A stretch of 64,000 bases of DNA, taken from assembly GCA_964016885.1 (NCBI GenBank), contig OZ024743.1:297662001-297726000 (forward strand), in the 5' to 3' direction. This stretch comes from Eledone cirrhosa. Taxonomy: Eukaryota. Below, piece after piece: positions 58,568-64,000 of the stretch. The notes beneath the pieces were generated by a model. The model was not told the origin of the DNA and ran no database searches. It saw only the letters and a list, made by a program, of their open reading frames with translations. The position numbers and the translations under genes are program-made. How positions within the stretch are numbered: position 1 is the first letter of the stretch; the number at the start of each line of letters is the position of its first letter.

Positions 58568-59052
58568 AAGCGAGACAACAACACACGCACACACACACAC
58601 AGTAACATCTAACAAACAGGTAGAGAATGGACTGACAGCTAGCGCCATCCCACTCCCTCATTCGGCCGCTGACCTCTGTACGACCGACCCCATTTCACGC
58701 GCACGCGCGCTCTGCCGAATACCTCAGATATTCAAATCAGCAAACAGCGAAAGACGCCTTCCGGACTTGTCCGACAGACAACCTTTTCCCCCACCCCGTA
58801 AAAAAACCCCAGTTGATGGATGTGAATCCGAAATATATAGGGACTATTAAATCTCTCCCAAGGTAACTCTCTCTCGTGTTGTTATTATTATTTTTATCCT
58901 TTTACTCTTCCCTTCATTCTACACATCTCACACATCTTATACACACCACGCATCTCAACATACACCCACTTACATCTCTCTCTCCACCACCGGACCTTGT
59001 TACCCGGAGATTTACCCATTTGCTTTGTCGAGGCTTCCAAACGACTTATAGA

Positions 59053-59087
<35 letters not shown>

Positions 59088-59129
59088 TGGTCAACAGCTA
59101 TATATATACATATATAGCTGTTGACCAGT

Positions 59130-59181
<52 letters not shown>

Positions 59182-59187
59182 CTCACA

Positions 59188-59294
59188 AGCTCCGATGAAT
59201 TGACTGGTTATAACTTTGTATTGGTGATCGAATAACGTGAAAATAAGCGGGTAGCGATCTCTAGACCTACCAGTTCAGAGAAACAATTGTCAGC
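59188..59294 (+). ncRNA. Minimal hammerhead-like motif, CCGANGA core variant, long stem II
   Basis: GCT-CCGATGA-...ACTGGT...ACCAGT...-GAAAC-AATT-GTC-AGC. Confidence 0.4.
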
Positions 59295-59358
59295 AATGAG
59301 ATTAAAAACCTTTTTTGTATAGCAAACCGTGTCACTCTTCTTTCCTGATTTATGTATA

Positions 59359-59406
<48 letters not shown>

Positions 59407-60529
59407 GTATAATAAACAATACAATATAATTACCTCATTACCAGAGGTTTCCCGAATAAGAAACGTTCTCATTCGTTCGTCCGACAAGGCAATATATATT
59501 AGAATATGGGTTTAACCAACCTGGGATATGCAGACCACATGGTCGGTCAGTTATGAAGCAGACAAAAAGAAGCGCTTAATGACTTGCATAAATGGTGCAA
59601 GCCGGACCATTATATATTATTAAAAGATCGATCGGAAGCCATATCCAGTTGATCAGATTTATTTAAAACTCCGTTATACATATTCCACTAAAGTCTATCA
59701 GTTATGATATCCTGAGCACTTCAGACAGGAAAACCTATAAAAAACTTGAAAACATTGAAAGTTTCTAAAAAAATATCTTTAGATTTAAAAAGATCAAAAA
59801 ACTTCCTTGAAAATGTGTTTTCCTTTTCTTGATACAGGAGGACGGCCAGCCCCTGCCTGACCCTCGGAATTTTGGTGGAAGTGCTGGTCAGTTTGGGTCC
59901 CGCGTCACTATCGCCAGATGTTTAGTATAGGAAGTAACGAAATCAGCTAGGAGTCCGTTTTCCCCTTCTCCCTGGCAGTCAGTAGTTGTTATAGTAGCAA
60001 TGACATTCATCTCCTTCCAACCTCATTTTGTCCGTAGATCTGAAACAACTGTGAATATCATAATTTATACCAATAAGTAACCAATAAGTAACTATATAAT
60101 AAATTAAAAGGAATGGTAATATTAAAGAGAATAAATATGTGGGAAAGAGATAATTATAATGAAATTATTTTTAATGAAAAAAAGAAAGAAAAAGAAATAG
60201 ACACCTTGTAGGCCTATGCTATAAACCAGAGTATATACCGTAGATGTTATATAGTTATAGTTTAACTGGTTCAACTGGAAGCATGATAGCCGTACTCCTC
60301 GCTAATTCCCCGTTTAATCAAGCACTCGATGAGCTGGACATCAGAGTGAAATCTTACGATATACAGGGAATGTCCTGGAAGGGGTTGGGCAGTAGGATTG
60401 TTCCCCGCAGCTTGCATCAAATATCCGTGAAACCGATCAAGGTCTCCGGGCCAACATGCCGTAACCGGCAAGGAGATATTAGGTGGTTCCTTTAATAATT
60501 AAATAGTGTAGGTTAACCTAGGGTTAACC

Positions 60530-61013
60530 TAGGTGTGTAAGAGAACCACTTGATGTTCAGGATGCGTCGAATATAATGCTGATGGAACCTTTCGGGATGC
60601 TTGATGTGGTGCCTGTAAGATGTCCACATTTCGCATCCGTATAGCAGGGCTGTAAGAACACAGGCCTTATACACAGAGAGCTTTGTGTCACTTGTGATGC
60701 CCCGATTTGACCAAACTCGGTTTTCAAGCTTCGCGAAGTCAAGACTCGCTTTCGCAATATTATAATCTATTTCAGTATCGAGGGTACCATTTCTACTAAG
60801 TGTACTTGCGAGATACACAAAGCTGTCCACCTCCTCAAATCTCTTTCCTCTCACAGAAATGTTTGGCTCTCTATATTTCCCTAACTGGTGAAGTGTACAT
60901 GACCTTTGTCTTTTTATACAAATATTTAGCCCATTGCATGTAGCTGTACAATATCAATAATTTTCTCTACAGTGTGTGTCACAAAACATGAATCATCAGT
61001 ATACAGGAACTCC
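60530..61013 (-). mobile_element. RTE-clade LINE RT fragment
   Basis: FLYTDDS (YADD-like), VDSFVYLAST, IAKAS..F..L..RVW, TKLSVYKACVLTALLYGCEMW, RFHQ..IRRILNIKW. Confidence 0.85.
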
Positions 61014-61014
61014 A

Positions 61015-61200
61015 GGTCGCTCCTGGGTGCTACTGGAAACATGCAACCCAGTACAACCTGTCACATCGTCGGATCAACGACGACTAAACCCCCACCAAGC
61101 TTCGCCTGGTGAAGAGGGTGATTGGACAAACTGCAGAATGAAAAACAAGACCTGATAAAGGGTGGAGGAAGTCATGAGAATCAACGACTATCCAATAGTG
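61015..61200 (+). repeat. Diverged copy of the 5' part of the 55975 element
   Basis: GTGCTACTGG-AACATG-AACCCAGTACAACCTGTC...GACTAAAC...GGTGA-GAGGGTGATT is shared. Confidence 0.75.
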
Positions 61201-61672
61201 TGTATATATACTGTGTTGTGTATAAATATGTATATGTGGGTGTGTGGGGATTGTTTGCGTGTGCGTCTGTATTTTTATTTTTTTCAACTTTTCAACTTTT
61301 AAACATTTAAATAGATATATTTTTTGAATTTCATTTTATCTTATTTATCTATTTAACCTATTTATTATTTATCTGGGGAAACCTACGGCTGCTGCAGCTA
61401 CCACTTTTATTTTGAGAAAGGGAGGACACCCTGAAAAGCCTCCGGTTGAGACAGCTACCATAATCTTGCATGATACATACATACATACATGCATTCATAC
61501 ATATATACATACATTCATACATGCACGCATACATACATGCTTAGATACAGGCAGACACAGGACACATACACCTACCCTATATCTCCCCGTACAAACAAAC
61601 GCGCACACATTAAAATACAAACACCCACCCATATATGTATATGTTTATATGTATGTATGAATGAATGTATGT

Positions 61673-61761
<89 letters not shown>

Positions 61762-61782
61762 CACACACACCCACACACACAC

Positions 61783-61884
<102 letters not shown>

Positions 61885-62532
61885 ATCGTTATGTTACTTT
61901 CTTTCTGTTTCTTTATCTCTTTTATTCGGCAGCAGTTCATTGATGGAAATGACATAAATGAACACAGGTTTACAAACCATTACAAAGATGTACATTTATG
62001 GCAATGTTAGGACCTCCCAAACTTTTACAAAATAATACATAAATATATAAAATAAATGATAATATACCACTTTTCCTATCCATCTCTATATATTAATGTA
62101 TTTTTCTTTACTTACATAGTTGCCGTAAGATAAATAAACAAAGAAATGAATAAATAAATAAATGAACGTGTATATATGGACCTCCGTCGGTTTTTACGAA
62201 AAGTGTCTCTTTTTCGAACAATGGAACAGCCTGCTCATATAATTAACCTACAAGTGACTGAGCATTCCACAGACACATTCCATATCCATGACGTTGTTCT
62301 TGTTGAGATTCAGCGTGAAACAGCGTGTGACTGCGCTGTTCTTTTGAATAACAAGTACAACACATTTTTAGCAATTGATTGGACTGGAGAAACGTAAAAT
62401 AAACTTTTGTACTCAAGGTCACAACGAGCTACCAAAAATCAAGGTCATGATCAACAGTCGTACATTCTAACCACTAAACCATACACCCTCACAAATGAAT
62501 GAATGTATGATTGAATAAATAAATATAATAAC

Positions 62533-62714
62533 TGTTTCTACTTTTGGCTCAAGGCCAGCAATTACCCCAGTGCATTACTGGTACTTTATTTCATCGACCC
62601 CATAAGGATGGAAGGCAAAGTTAACCTCGGCGGGATTTGAACTCAGACCGTAAAGGGGTGTAACTCTATGCTGCAAAGCATGGCGTCCGACCCTCTACTG
62701 ATACCGCCAATCCA
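62533..62714 (-). mobile_element. tRNA-derived SINE, near full length
   Basis: Head, B-box, core and tail on the minus strand. Confidence 0.9.
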
Positions 62715-62959
62715 TATAACGTTCACCAAATGGACAATTTCAAAACAGGAGTAATTTACATGGCAATATTTCTTTCCTGATATAGTCATTCTATTCAGTT
62801 TAATTCATTAAGATTATTTGTACTTCTATTTGAAGCAGTTTATATAGAGAAAGAGTCAAGAAATTCAGCAGTGGGTTTAATCCAGCTAGTAGCTTATCAC
62901 GTCCGTGGTAACAGGTATGTAAGTACACTCTTGACAGATGCAATGTGTCCGAATACGGA

Positions 62960-63140
62960 AGAGCCGAACTCTCACCGTCATCGCCCCCATCTCTCTCGCA
63001 CTCCCCATCTCTCTGTATAGTGAACAAATGGGGTCCTACGTGCTGGCCACCCCACAGCCCCGGCGGACAGAATGGAGAAGGCGTTTCCCCGGAGGATGGT
63101 AAGGGAGATGCGCTAACGTATATTCTATTTGAGCTGTACA
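62960..63140 (-). mobile_element. Probable 3' end of a CRE-like non-LTR element
   Basis: Manual translation IR*RISLTILRGNAFSILSAG resembles the QRISxAIQRGNAxxI C-terminal motif. Confidence 0.5.
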
Positions 63141-63405
63141 TAGAATTATAAGGCGGTCGTTTTAGCAGAATCTTTAGAGCCTGAGATATGTGTTCCCTCT
63201 GCGCTCAGTTCATATCACGTTAAAGTCCTCTTCGCCGTTTATCTCTTTGGGTGGTGCAGCATTGTTTCCTCTCTGGACGTTTCATAGGTTCAGGGTAGTG
63301 TGTCTTCCTCTGCTCATGACGATATGTGCATCTAAAACAATTGGTGAAACACACGCACGCACACACACACACACAGACACACACAGACACACACACACAC
63401 ACACA

Positions 63406-63473
<68 letters not shown>

Positions 63474-63707
63474 CTTACGCACATGCACAAGTATAGCTCT
63501 TTTTACAAAACGTTTTTTTTTTCCATTTCAGGTAAACGGGCTCCATCATCCACTTTTCTAAAAAAATAAATCATACACAAAACGCCAGCATCAACAGTTT
63601 TCCAAGAGATGTCAACATGAATGGACCTGTTATTTTTATCTAAAGACTTTTTTTTCCAATTCCAACACGCCCGTCCCCGCAATCTATCTTATTTCTCATT
63701 CTTTCTT

Positions 63708-63738
63708 TTGATGAAGGACTAGCATCCGAAACGTTAAC
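63708..63738 (+). ncRNA. Degenerate minimal hammerhead-like motif
   Basis: TTGATGA-AGGA-CTAGCA-TCC-GAAACGTTAA. Confidence 0.4.
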
Positions 63739-64000
63739 ATCCTCTTCCTGTTATTTCAAGCGTTAACCTAATATATTCCTTCCATATACTGTACCGACTG
63801 TGTTGTTATTTCTGTTTACCTTTTACATACATATATATATGTGGCTGTATACATAGCTGTATACATATAGGTATGTGTATTTCGAGTGTCGACAGATTAC
63901 CCGCCCCTGCTTCTGCAGGAATCCGCCTAATGGCCCTAATCAACAGCTTCCAAAATTCATAGCTAAATGCTTTTAAATGTTTATTCATAAAAATACCGTT

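Noticed and set aside
59480-60500. Possible transposase or other coding remnants
   Set aside because: No diagnostic motif recoverable by eye.
62938-63098. Possible host exon (ACAG|ATG...GATG|GTAAGG, GC-rich)
   Set aside because: The plus-strand peptide is unrecognisable, and the opposite strand matches a CRE-like retrotransposon C-terminal motif, which explains the GC content.

Overview
AT-rich, microsatellite-dense eukaryotic DNA. It is probably cephalopod (Octopus-like), inferred only from the SINE and repeat style. No host gene or prokaryotic system is supported. The centre (about 13.6-50.5 kb) looks like one (AAT)n microsatellite expanded to about 37 kb by serial retrotransposon insertion. 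It holds seven Tx1-type (L1-group, APE+RT) non-LTR copies from at least three lineages, all head-to-tail on the minus strand, two of them with intact ORF1 and ORF2. It also holds three tRNA-derived SINEs in the same orientation and two R4/Dong-like (RT+RLE) copies in the opposite orientation. Almost every junction is a pure (AAT)n tract. The SINE 3' tail resembles the Tx1 3' end and its TSDs start with ATTA(T), which suggests a Tx1-SINE partnership. The Tx1 copies show ORF1/5'UTR exchange on a shared ORF2 and a conserved GGTAAGT motif at the end of ORF1. The flanks carry degraded R4-, RTE-, CRE- and Penelope-like fragments, many fold-back palindromes beside (TA)n, hammerhead-like motifs and Helitron-like termini. 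All alignments were made by eye and no database search was run.
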